DNA of 64,000 nucleotides from an uncultured Acidimicrobiia bacterium. Lineage in GTDB: Bacteria; Actinomycetota; Acidimicrobiia; Spongiisociales; UBA5794. How positions within the stretch are numbered: position 1 is the first letter of the stretch; every line of letters starts with the position of its first letter. The DNA lies in assembly GCA_963714375.1 (NCBI GenBank), contig CAVQOG010000003.1, forward strand, positions 297,457-361,456, written 5' to 3'. Shown here piece by piece: positions 30,604 through 39,637 of this stretch. A program made the position numbers and the translations under genes. The notes beneath the pieces were generated by a model. That model was not told the origin of the DNA. It did not search any database and saw nothing but the letters and a program-made list of their open reading frames with translations.

Positions 30604-33016
30604 CAACCACGCCAATTCACCAAAGCCCGCTCCTCCCGCCGGACAGAAGCACCGCAAGGGTTGGCGTCGGGCACTCACCCTTACGATCATCGTCCTCTCC
30701 GTCTTCGTGGTGTATGCATTTGCCTTTGCAAAGACCGATGTGTCCCTTGAGGAGATCCAATCCGAGACGCGGCAGGAGCAGCTGTTCAAGATCCTCCGAG
30801 CGCTTGCCCACCCAAACCTCATCACCTATGACAAGCGCGATGTGGTAATCACAACAGATGTGTTCGTGCCGTGTGATGGTCAGAATCCAAGCCAGGCGTC
30901 CGCCTCCGAGGAGGGCGGAACGGTCACCGTCGCACCGAATTGCGCCAATCCCGGCGATGAAATATCCGTCACGGGCACAGGCTTCCAACCAGGTCAGCGA
31001 GCCATCGTCGATTTTGTACCCGTCTCCGATTTCGGGATCTTCCTTCCCATGGGGCGCACCGATATCCTCGATGACGGCACATTTGAACTGACCTTCCTTG
31101 CTCCCGAACGCGAATCGGACGCCGCCCAACAAGTCCGAGTTACGACACAAACCAATATCGGAAAATGGACATCCCGCGAGCGCGTGTGGACGGACACGAA
31201 CGAAAACGGTGTTCGCGACGAAAGCAAGTTCCCTGACTCCGAGAGCGACCTATCGACGTACGAGATCGTGTTGGCCGAGTTTGAACTCAGAAGTCCAGGC
31301 GGTGTCACGCTGATCGACGAGAACAACAATGTCCTCGACTTCATCAGTTGGGGAGGCTCATTTGAGGCGACCACTGGGTCGGGCAAAGGGTTCGTCAGCA
31401 CCGACATCGGCTACGACCCAGCCCTACCTGACGGAAACAACTCCATACAACTCGCTGGCTCCGGAACCACGCCCGAGGACTTCACCTGGGCGGAACCCGC
31501 CTCACAAACGTTCGGAAGGATCAATGTCAATCAGGAGCCAACCGGTTCGACCGAAGATATATTCTTCAACGAGGTCGCGTTCGCAGAGGTGAACAGGCTC
31601 GAGATCGCTGGGGCGCCCGGTGCCTCCCTCGACGACGTCTCGTTGGTGTTCTTCGATGGCGACGGCGGAGCACAGTACCGGATCGTGTCCGTTGCTGACG
31701 CGACGGAAATGTCACCCCGGCTGTCCGACAACGCCCTCAATACCTGGGATCGCATCGTCGAAACCGTGATGCTCGCCTTGCTCGCGACGACCGTGGGAAC
31801 GATCCTCGCCGTACCGTTGAGCTTCATGGCATCGCGCAACCTGATGCGCGACGTGACCATCCCCGTCGTCAACCTTGCACTTTCGCTGATAGCGCTTCCC
31901 GTCGGCGTCGTATTCGGTGTGCTCGGGTCCCGATGGGCCCGATCACTCAACGGGTTATCAGACGCAAACGTGTTCACGTTGTTGCTCGCCCTTGCCGCTC
32001 TTGCAGCCGGCGGGTTCTTCCTGTTGAAGTGGACGTTCCCGCCAGAGGATGTCGGAAAGCCGAGCCTGACAATCCGCGTCCTCCGATCCGCAGCTCTCAT
32101 CGGTGTTGGGTTCCTCGCTCTGGTCGCCTCGTACGTCATATCCGACCTCTTGGTCATCATCGGCGAGTGGATGGAAAGCCTTATCACCGGTGCGGTATTC
32201 CTTGGGAGTTTCGTTGTCACGCTTGGCGAAATCGGCGATATCGCAATCCCGGTCTTCGCCTCGTTGATTGGAGCGTTGGGGCTCGCCCTCGCCGCGAGCA
32301 AGCTCGGCTACTTCTTGGATGCAAGACTGGCCAGACCGATCGTCAACGGACTCACCCTTGGTCTGTCGGCGCTCGCCGGTGCCTTTGTCGGCATCGCCAT
32401 TGGTGGCATCGTCGACTGGTTTTATCAACTTGAGAACCCGCTTGCCACCGTCATCATTCCTGCCATCGTCGGTGGGCTCATCGGGATGCTGCTTTCGGTC
32501 AAAGCAATCCGGAAAGCAGAGTCGCAGAACATCGGCCTCACGATCTATTACCTGTCGCGCACCGTTTTCAATGGACTCCGCTCGATCGAGCCGCTGGTGA
32601 TGGTCATCATCTTCGTCGTATGGGTCGGTATCGGTCCATTCGCCGGCGCCCTTGCGCTTGCATTGCACACGACCGCTGCGCTCGCAAAGCTCTACTCAGA
32701 GCAGGTCGAGTCGATCGCAACGGGGCCGCTCGAAGCGGTCCGCGCAACTGGGGCGACCAGGCTCCAGACCATCATCTACGGCGTGGTACCACAGATCGTG
32801 CCTCCGTACATCTCGTTCACGATGTACCGCTGGGACATCAACGTTCGCATGTCGACGATCATCGGGTTTGCCGGTGGTGGTGGAATCGGTTTCCTACTCC
32901 AGCAGAACATCAACCTCCTCCAGTACCGCGATGCGGCTGCCCAGATGCTCGCAATAGCGATCGTCGTTGCCTCAATGGACTACATGAGCTCTCGCCTCCG
33001 CGAGCGCTTCATCTAG
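30596..33016 (+). CDS. PhnE-like ABC permease with N-terminal TM anchor and about 350-aa extracytoplasmic domain
   Basis: 806 aa. TM helix at residues 25-45. Soluble domain at residues about 50-400. The C-terminal half is a PhnE/BPD-type permease with an EAA-like loop. Confidence 0.75.
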   Translation: MADNHANSPKPAPPAGQKHRKGWRRALTLTIIVLSVFVVYAFAFAKTDVSLEEIQSETRQEQLFKILRALAHPNLITYDKRDVVITTDVFVPCDGQNPSQASASEEGGTVTVAPNCANPGDEISVTGTGFQPGQRAIVDFVPVSDFGIFLPMGRTDILDDGTFELTFLAPERESDAAQQVRVTTQTNIGKWTSRERVWTDTNENGVRDESKFPDSESDLSTYEIVLAEFELRSPGGVTLIDENNNVLDFISWGGSFEATTGSGKGFVSTDIGYDPALPDGNNSIQLAGSGTTPEDFTWAEPASQTFGRINVNQEPTGSTEDIFFNEVAFAEVNRLEIAGAPGASLDDVSLVFFDGDGGAQYRIVSVADATEMSPRLSDNALNTWDRIVETVMLALLATTVGTILAVPLSFMASRNLMRDVTIPVVNLALSLIALPVGVVFGVLGSRWARSLNGLSDANVFTLLLALAALAAGGFFLLKWTFPPEDVGKPSLTIRVLRSAALIGVGFLALVASYVISDLLVIIGEWMESLITGAVFLGSFVVTLGEIGDIAIPVFASLIGALGLALAASKLGYFLDARLARPIVNGLTLGLSALAGAFVGIAIGGIVDWFYQLENPLATVIIPAIVGGLIGMLLSVKAIRKAESQNIGLTIYYLSRTVFNGLRSIEPLVMVIIFVVWVGIGPFAGALALALHTTAALAKLYSEQVESIATGPLEAVRATGATRLQTIIYGVVPQIVPPYISFTMYRWDINVRMSTIIGFAGGGGIGFLLQQNINLLQYRDAAAQMLAIAIVVASMDYMSSRLRERFI

Positions 33017-33028
33017 CCCGCACGCGCC

Positions 33029-34027
33029 ATGAGCACGTTCCAGTTGCGCACGCGAAAGGTTGCTGAGCAGGAAGAGGCACAGTTTCTCGCGCCGGGCGCG
33101 ACACTATCTGCGACCGCTTCGTCCCGGGCACGGCCCGAGGAAAACGACGAATGGCGGACCGCATTCGAGCGGGATCAGGACCGAATCGTCCACTCCAAAG
33201 CATTTCGGCGCCTCAAGCACAAGACACAGGTCTTCATGAACCCTGAGGGTGATCATTACGTCACGAGAATGACGCACACTCTCCAGGTCACCCAGGTAGG
33301 CAGGGCAATTGCACGAGCGTTGTCGCTGAATGTGTCTCTTGCCGAAGCCGTATGTCTTGGCCACGACGTCGGCCACTCACCATTTGGTCACACCGGCGAA
33401 GATGCGCTTTCCGAGTTTGTCGACGGTGACTGGCATCATTCCGAGCAATCAGTCCGGATCTTCGAAGTCCTCGAGCCCCTGAACCTCACGCCAGAGGTGC
33501 TTTCAGGGATACGGACCCATCCGTGGAAGGTCGCAGAGCGAGCGACCACACATGAGGGCGATGTCGTGAAGTTTGCGGATCGTATCGCCTACTTGGCCCA
33601 CGATGCCCTCGATGCCATGCGCGCAGGCGTTCTCGACCAGTCGGCTCTTCCCAACAACGTGATACGTGCGTTTGGCGATCCGGGCCGAGAATGGGTTGCC
33701 TCGATGGTTCAGGCGGTCATCGACGAATCCTATCGCCAGTCCCAGATCGTGATGGAGCCAACGAAGCTGGAAGCGATGCAAGAGCTGCGGGCATTCATGT
33801 TCGAGCGGGTCTACCTACGTCCCGAGGTTGAGAACCAACAGCGCCGGGCGAAAGAGATCGTTCGATCTCTTGTGAGCTACTACCTCGAGCATCTCGACCA
33901 GCTCCCCGACACGTATCAGCACCCCGATGCTAACGATCTGACACAAGTCATCGATTTCGTTGCCGGCATGACGGACCGCTATGCCATACGAACTCACGAC
34001 GAGCTGTTTCGGCCGAAGTTGTTCTGA
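33029..34027 (+). CDS. dGTPase-family HD-domain deoxynucleoside triphosphate triphosphohydrolase
   Basis: RTAFERDQDRIVHSKAFRRL plus the HD motif HTLQV...GHDVGHSPFGH. 332 aa. Confidence 0.8.
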   Translation: MSTFQLRTRKVAEQEEAQFLAPGATLSATASSRARPEENDEWRTAFERDQDRIVHSKAFRRLKHKTQVFMNPEGDHYVTRMTHTLQVTQVGRAIARALSLNVSLAEAVCLGHDVGHSPFGHTGEDALSEFVDGDWHHSEQSVRIFEVLEPLNLTPEVLSGIRTHPWKVAERATTHEGDVVKFADRIAYLAHDALDAMRAGVLDQSALPNNVIRAFGDPGREWVASMVQAVIDESYRQSQIVMEPTKLEAMQELRAFMFERVYLRPEVENQQRRAKEIVRSLVSYYLEHLDQLPDTYQHPDANDLTQVIDFVAGMTDRYAIRTHDELFRPKLF

Positions 34028-34031
34028 GAAT

Positions 34032-34058
34032 TCAGAAGTCCGACGTCAGACGTCAGAT
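34032..34058. repeat. family-B heptamer repeat (CAGAAGTCC GACGTCA GACGTCA GATC)
   Basis: Overlaps the last codons and stop of the nitroreductase gene. Confidence 0.5.
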
Positions 34059-34699
34059 CTCCACAGTGGTTCATCCGCAGTCCACGTTGGTGGCCTACCC
34101 CAGGACTCGGCGTAGGTCACGGTGTGTGCGGGTGGACGCCTGGCGAGGCCCCACTTGCCCAGGGGGTAGCCGCAGGTCACTGCTGCCGCGTTGGTCCAGC
34201 CCTTCTCGACTGGGACACCGAGCAGGTCTGCGACCTCTTGGTGCTTGAAAATGCCAAGGACAGTTGTGAGACAGGTTCCGATGCCGTGGGATCTCGCAGA
34301 CAGCATCAGGCTCCATACCGCTGGATAGATCGAGGCGCCCGAGGGATCGTTTCGGTGGTAAGGAAAGACAACAAGCGGTACCTGCTCAAAGTTGTCAGCG
34401 AGCCACTGTGCCGAGTTCATCACCCTGACCGTCGTGTCGTCTCCTGAGTCCCGCGCCTGCTCGGCTTTGCCCTTGTAAAACGATTCGTTCAGCTGCGTCC
34501 ATGCGTCGGAGTAGAGATCGCCGATCGTAGCGATTGTGTCACGGTCTGTGACTGTCACCCATCGCCAGTTCTGTGAGTTCCCACCGGAAGGAGACCGGAT
34601 GGCAGCATCCATCATCGCTTTGACGACATCGTCAGGGATCGGATCGGATGACACCCTGCGCATGGCGCGGGTCGTGTAGAGAGCTTCGTTGATATCCAT
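34046..34699 (-). CDS. nitroreductase-family protein
   Basis: MDINEALYTTRAMRRV...SPSGGNSQNW: classic nitroreductase N-terminus and FMN-binding fold. Confidence 0.8.
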   Translation of the reverse strand: MDINEALYTTRAMRRVSSDPIPDDVVKAMMDAAIRSPSGGNSQNWRWVTVTDRDTIATIGDLYSDAWTQLNESFYKGKAEQARDSGDDTTVRVMNSAQWLADNFEQVPLVVFPYHRNDPSGASIYPAVWSLMLSARSHGIGTCLTTVLGIFKHQEVADLLGVPVEKGWTNAAAVTCGYPLGKWGLARRPPAHTVTYAESWGRPPTWTADEPLWRSDV

Positions 34700-34732
34700 G
34701 GGATGAGACTACGCCGAACGAATAACGAAACT

Positions 34733-34786
34733 CGCGTACCCGGGGCTCCATTGGACATATGTGTCCCCTTCAGCCCTGGGTACGCG
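34733..34786. repeat. family-A repeat, full palindromic copy
   Basis: CGCGTACCCGGGGCTCCATTGGACATATGTGTCCCCTTCAGCCCTGGGTACGCG. Outer 15-nt arms are perfect inverted repeats. Confidence 0.65.
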
Positions 34787-34803
34787 GGATCGGATCCCGA
34801 AAC

Positions 34804-35214
34804 CTATCCCACCAGGCTTGCGATGATCGCGATAACGACGATGTTGGTGACCATCCAGACGATGGAGGCGACGAGGTATCTGCGGGTCCAAATGATCCAC
34901 GTGTCTGCACCGCGTGCGATTGCTACGCCAGCCAACCACCACAACGGGGCACTCGTCACCATCCCGAAAAGGATCACCGTGAAGCGGGTCACGTCAATGA
35001 AGGGAAAAGAAAGCACCCACGCCGTCGGTGTGACGATGAGGAACAGAACGGTCGCAACAAGCGAACCCGCGAAATCGGTCATGTCGCCGCCCTCACGGAA
35101 TCCAGTGGAAAGTGCGAGCACACCGACGACTGTCGGGAAGATCAGGGCAAAGGCACCACCAAGAATCGGGGACACCGTGGTACGTCGGGGTGCGAACGAG
35201 ACATCGCGCTTCAC
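34804..35214 (-). CDS. four-TM membrane protein (hypothetical)
   Basis: Hydrophobic segments only. No recognisable motif. Confidence 0.45.
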   Translation of the reverse strand: MKRDVSFAPRRTTVSPILGGAFALIFPTVVGVLALSTGFREGGDMTDFAGSLVATVLFLIVTPTAWVLSFPFIDVTRFTVILFGMVTSAPLWWLAGVAIARGADTWIIWTRRYLVASIVWMVTNIVVIAIIASLVG

Positions 35215-35220
35215 AAATTC

Positions 35221-35284
35221 AGCTTACAGCTCACGCCCTACAGCTCGCGTCCGGCTGAAAGCTGAAAGCTGTCCGCTGTAAGCT
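35221..35284. promoter_or_regulatory. inverted repeat AGCTTACAGC...GCTGTAAGCT enclosing CAGCTCA/GCTGAAA heptamer repeats, in a divergent promoter
   Basis: Between the membrane-protein start (35214, minus strand) and the dodecin start (35291, plus strand). Confidence 0.4.
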
Positions 35285-35290
35285 CCTGGC

Positions 35291-35503
35291 ATGGACATTG
35301 AAACTGGAGCACACAAGATCATCGAGATCATGGGGGTTTCTCCCACGGGTTTCGAGGACGCCATTGACCAGGCTGTCTCCAAGGCATCCGAGAGCATCAA
35401 CGGCATCACCGGCGTCGAGGTCATCCACCAAGCAGCCGAAGTCCGTGACGGGCGAGTGGTGGCGTACCGGGTCACCGTCAAACTCTCATTCGTCGTGAAC
35501 TGA
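35291..35503 (+). CDS. dodecin (flavin-binding) family protein
   Basis: 70 aa. HKIIEIMGVSPTGFEDAIDQAVSKASESI...VEVIHQAAEVRDGRVVAYRVTVKLSF matches the dodecin fold signature. Confidence 0.75.
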   Translation: MDIETGAHKIIEIMGVSPTGFEDAIDQAVSKASESINGITGVEVIHQAAEVRDGRVVAYRVTVKLSFVVN

Positions 35504-35574
35504 GCAGCAGACCACGGGAAACGCGAAAACCAGCTTTCCGACTGGATCGTATCCAAAGGTCGACACTACGCTCT

Positions 35575-36672
35575 GTGCTCCGCATGCGATATCTGCGAAA
35601 CCCCCGAACACTCTTGGTGTTGCTGGTGTTGGCCCTGTTGGCGCTTACACCGGTTGGTGCGAGCGCGCAGTCAAAGGGTGACGTCGACACGGCCAAGACC
35701 GCAGCCGATCGTGCACTTGAGGCTCTCGAGGCGGCGGATGCCGAGCTTGAGGCTGGCCTTGAAGAGCTTGAACGCATCAACGGCAAGCTCTACAACCTCG
35801 CGTGGCGTATCGAGAAACTGGAAGAAGCACTCGACACATATGGGCAGGACGTATCCAACCTTGAGACCCGCGCCCGTGATCTGGTCATCGACGCCTACAC
35901 GAGTGGTGGTCGCTCTGTCATGACGACGGCGTTCACCGCAGGGAACATCCAGGACCTCATCACGACCCAGGCCCTCTACGACAAGGCCACCACGCAGGAC
36001 TTGGCCGAACTCGACCAGCTCGGAGCAGTGCGCCGTCAAATGGATCGACTGACTGTCGAGCTCAACGACAAGACCATCGAGGTGGAAGCCCTCAAGGCGG
36101 ATCAAGCTGCTGTTGTGGCATCACTCGCAGAGATCCAAGCGAGGGCCGATGCGGTTCACGCTGAGGCAAAGGCGAAGTACCAAACCGTCTACGCCAAGTA
36201 CCGCGCCAGGCTGGCACGGGAAGCAGCGGCGCGAGCAGCGCGGGCGTCGGGACCGTCGGCCGGGATTCCGGGACTGACCAAAGGTGTTGTGTGTCCGGTA
36301 AAGGGATCCAGCTACTTCATCGACTCGTGGGGTTATGCCCGGTCGGGTGGCCGATCACATCATGGAACGGACATGATGGCAAGGAGCGGAACCGAACTTG
36401 TCGCAATGACGAGCGGGAAGGTTCGCCTCAGTAGCCACAGCCTTGGTGGCAAGCAGGTCTACGTCTACGGCGACGACGGCATCACCTACTACTACGCCCA
36501 CCTATCGAAATGGGTGTCGGGCATGAACACAGGTGACCGAGTCAACAAGGGGCAAACCGTCGGCTTCGTGGGAGACTCTGGCAACGCAACGGGAACGCCG
36601 CATCTCCACCTCGGAATGGTTGCGGGTGGGATCTACGTCAACCCGTATCCCACCGTTCGACCTGTCTGCTAG
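35575..36672 (+). CDS. secreted M23-family metallopeptidase with N-terminal coiled-coil
   Basis: Signal peptide, long coiled-coil, C-terminal M23 motifs HHGTDM and TPHLHLG. Confidence 0.8.
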   Translation: MLRMRYLRNPRTLLVLLVLALLALTPVGASAQSKGDVDTAKTAADRALEALEAADAELEAGLEELERINGKLYNLAWRIEKLEEALDTYGQDVSNLETRARDLVIDAYTSGGRSVMTTAFTAGNIQDLITTQALYDKATTQDLAELDQLGAVRRQMDRLTVELNDKTIEVEALKADQAAVVASLAEIQARADAVHAEAKAKYQTVYAKYRARLAREAAARAARASGPSAGIPGLTKGVVCPVKGSSYFIDSWGYARSGGRSHHGTDMMARSGTELVAMTSGKVRLSSHSLGGKQVYVYGDDGITYYYAHLSKWVSGMNTGDRVNKGQTVGFVGDSGNATGTPHLHLGMVAGGIYVNPYPTVRPVC

Positions 36673-37211
36673 CGCAACTCGTCGACAACCTCGATGTCGA
36701 GCTCCTCAACCACCACCTCGTCGATGTTGCCGTCACCCGTTGTATCGAGGCCGTAGATCCTTGCTCCATCAGTTTGGACGTCCTGAAGGTTTCCGTCCTG
36801 GTCCGGGTCAATACCTGACGCCGTGATCACATCGGTACGCGTAATCTCTGGGACACCGTCACCGTCGAGATCGTGAGCAACGGTGCGAACCTCGGTGATA
36901 TCGACCGAATCGGCGATTCCGTCACCGTCCACATCCATCACAACCTCAGAAGTTTCGACAGTCGTGATGATGTCGGCCACACCGTCGCCATCGACATCGA
37001 TCGCGGTTTCTTCGATCGTTGTTGTCTCAACAATGTCCGCTACGCCGTCGCCGTCAATATCGATTTCGCGAACCTCGGTTCGGACCGCTCTGATGCCATC
37101 AGCCACGCCGTCGCCGTCAATGTCGATTTCGCTTACGTCCGATTCGCTGTACTCGACGGTACTTCCAACGGCTTGTTCCGCTGGCTTGCTGGCATCGTCA
37201 GAATCTGGCAT
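36669..37211 (-). CDS. acidic protein with seven 21-aa DxDGDGxxD (calcium-binding-like) repeats
   Basis: Repeats (E/I)D(I/V)DGDGVADxxxTxxxxE... No signal peptide. pI strongly acidic. Confidence 0.55.
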   Translation of the reverse strand: MPDSDDASKPAEQAVGSTVEYSESDVSEIDIDGDGVADGIRAVRTEVREIDIDGDGVADIVETTTIEETAIDVDGDGVADIITTVETSEVVMDVDGDGIADSVDITEVRTVAHDLDGDGVPEITRTDVITASGIDPDQDGNLQDVQTDGARIYGLDTTGDGNIDEVVVEELDIEVVDELR

Positions 37212-37387
37212 GGCTACTCCTTGGGTTGGTGGCTCACACTAGCGCTGGCCAACACCCACCGAGGAGGGCTCAGATCGGCTGAATACCACCGAGCTCGTTC
37301 CCAGCGTCGTCGCGGGTCAAGAGGAGTCAGGATTGAGCGCTGTGTGGTCATGGGCCAGGCCGAACTCGTTCTTGGTATCCTTTCACT

Positions 37388-38515
37388 GTGCCCACTCACA
37401 TGGATATCCCCACGACAGCAGCAATGGAGAGCCTCGTCGGGTGGCGAGGCTCAGGGTCCGTCTCCCTATATCTTCCGACCGAGCCGGATGGTCAGAATTC
37501 CGAAGCGGAACGAATCGATCTCACCAATCTCACGTCGAACGCAGTCGACCAGATGCAGACCGCAGAGGTGAGTCGGCCGGTGGTCTCAGCGATCGAAGAA
37601 TCGCTCGCGGACCTCATCGACGACGGTGAGTTCTGGCGGTTCCAAGCCCGGACGCTGGCGGTGTTCGTCAACGAGAATGGGCTCGTCACTTATCGGCTAC
37701 CCAACCGACTACCGCGCGCCGTTGAAGTCTCCGACCGCTTCTACATCAAACCACTCCTCCGCACCTTCACCTTCCCACAGACTGCCTTCGTCCTGGCAAT
37801 CTCCCAGAATGCCGTACGTCTCCTTGCGGCCAGCCCCGACCTTCCACCGGCCCGCATTGACGTTCCCGATCTTCCGACCGGCGCAGCGGATGCTGTTGGA
37901 AAGCCCTCGATTCGGGGCCGTGGCCACAGGGCACGAGTTGGGGGATCGGAGGGTCAGAAGCTTCGGATGCGCCAATATGCGCGTCAGGTCAATCAGGCAC
38001 TCGCGCCATTGCTCGGCGGTCACGATATTCCTCTGGTCCTGGCAGGAACCGCCCCGATGATCCCGATCTATCGCTCAGTGAACAGCTACCCCCATCTCAT
38101 AGAAGACGAGATCCCGGGTAATCCCGACTCGACGTCCGACGCCGAACTGGTTGACGGGTTGCGACCGATCCTGGACCGTGTCTATGCCGACGATCTCGCC
38201 AACCTAAGAGTCCTGTTCGGAACCCGTCAAGCTCAGGGAAGAGCCACAACCGATCTCGCGGACGTAGCCCGTGCAGCCACGATCGGCGCGGTGGACACTC
38301 TCCTCGTTGACATCGAGCAGTCGATACCCGGAGAGATCGATGAAGAAACCGGGCGAATCACGACCGATTCCAAGCCGGGTGGAAACACCTACGGATTAAC
38401 CGACGAGATCGTCCGTCGGGTGCTCATGTCGAAGGGCCGAGTCTTGGCGGTGAGAGGTGAGGAGATGCCTGGAGATGGACCGGTCGCGGCGCTGCTTCGC
38501 TTCGGCCTTGGCTGA
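37388..38515 (+). CDS. eRF1-like bacterial protein (baeRF / 'host attachment protein' family)
   Basis: C-terminus GAVDTLLV...GRVLAV...GDGPVAALLRF mirrors the eRF1/Pelota domain-3 ending. No GGQ motif. Confidence 0.5.
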   Translation: MPTHMDIPTTAAMESLVGWRGSGSVSLYLPTEPDGQNSEAERIDLTNLTSNAVDQMQTAEVSRPVVSAIEESLADLIDDGEFWRFQARTLAVFVNENGLVTYRLPNRLPRAVEVSDRFYIKPLLRTFTFPQTAFVLAISQNAVRLLAASPDLPPARIDVPDLPTGAADAVGKPSIRGRGHRARVGGSEGQKLRMRQYARQVNQALAPLLGGHDIPLVLAGTAPMIPIYRSVNSYPHLIEDEIPGNPDSTSDAELVDGLRPILDRVYADDLANLRVLFGTRQAQGRATTDLADVARAATIGAVDTLLVDIEQSIPGEIDEETGRITTDSKPGGNTYGLTDEIVRRVLMSKGRVLAVRGEEMPGDGPVAALLRFGLG

Positions 38516-38662
38516 TTCGGTTCACCTGTTTCTATTTCCTCTTTCCTCACAATCCTGTGGCGGCCACGCTGCCACTCTGCGCCGGTATTGACTGACCACC
38601 GAAAGCAGCGAGAAATCGCACCATCCTGCCCTGAGCTGCTTCCGAAGCCACTCCAGAGGGTT

Positions 38663-39499
38663 TCAACCGATTGAGATCATGGCAACGGCAGATACCGCCA
38701 ACACAATCCCGAACCACTGAGATGTGACCAGCCGTTCATGAAGGAACAGGGCCGCGAGCACAACGGTGACGGCCGGGAACATGGCAATGGCCACACCGAC
38801 AACGACGAGTTCGCCGCGCTGGGACGCAGATACAAAGAACCCCATCCCAAGGCCGGCGAGAGCACCTGCGAGCACCGTGGACGTCACTGCGTTCTTCTCC
38901 ACCCGGTGTGGCGCGCCCAAAACAAGCATCGCCATGGTTGCAAGTACTGCGGCACCTGCGCGACCTGCCACAGCAGATGTCAAACCCGATTCCTCAGATG
39001 TCGCTGAGTACGCAACAACCATGGCAGCGAATCCTGATCCGGCGACGATTCCGTGGAGTACCCCGGTCGCTGAGAGATGCGCTTCACCGGGGACGTAGCC
39101 AATCAGAATGACCGAGAGGACGCCGAATCCAAGTCCAACGGCGACGACTGTCGAGGGTCGTTCACCACCAGCAAGCCCAACAATGATGGGAAGCATTGCT
39201 CCGAAGGTCGCAGCAATGGTCGCAACGACGCCAACGGACGCGACCGAAAACCCCCGGTACATGACAACGACACCGAGGGCGGAACCCGCTCCAGCCACGA
39301 GGCCGAGGAGGGCATCATTGGCGATAATCTCACCACCGAAGATCACAGCGACGATCGCTATAACGGGAAGACCCGCCCACTGCGACCATGCCGCAACGGC
39401 ATACGGACTTGACCGCTTCGAGGCGATACCGCCGAAGAAGTCCGCGCTACCGATCAACCCGATCGACAGCAGCACGAGCACCAAAACATCGGGATTCAT
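38663..39499 (-). CDS. EamA/DMT-superfamily transporter
   Basis: Ten predicted TM helices as two EamA repeats. Start taken at the internal MNPDVLV. Confidence 0.7.
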   Translation of the reverse strand: MNPDVLVLVLLSIGLIGSADFFGGIASKRSSPYAVAAWSQWAGLPVIAIVAVIFGGEIIANDALLGLVAGAGSALGVVVMYRGFSVASVGVVATIAATFGAMLPIIVGLAGGERPSTVVAVGLGFGVLSVILIGYVPGEAHLSATGVLHGIVAGSGFAAMVVAYSATSEESGLTSAVAGRAGAAVLATMAMLVLGAPHRVEKNAVTSTVLAGALAGLGMGFFVSASQRGELVVVGVAIAMFPAVTVVLAALFLHERLVTSQWFGIVLAVSAVAMISIG

Positions 39500-39637
39500 C
39501 GGATGCACCGTACCGGTGGTTCCGACAACAGACGTCAGGAGTCCAGCTTGCTGGACTCCAAGGAATCCCGCTTCGGGTTCCCGACGCCCGACGTCGGTCA
39601 TCGGTCATCGGTCCTCTGACATGCATAGTCTCACCGG

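Noticed and set aside
31531-32301. 256-aa minus-strand ORF inside the phnE-like gene
   Set aside because: Antisense to a multi-TM permease with clear ABC-permease architecture.
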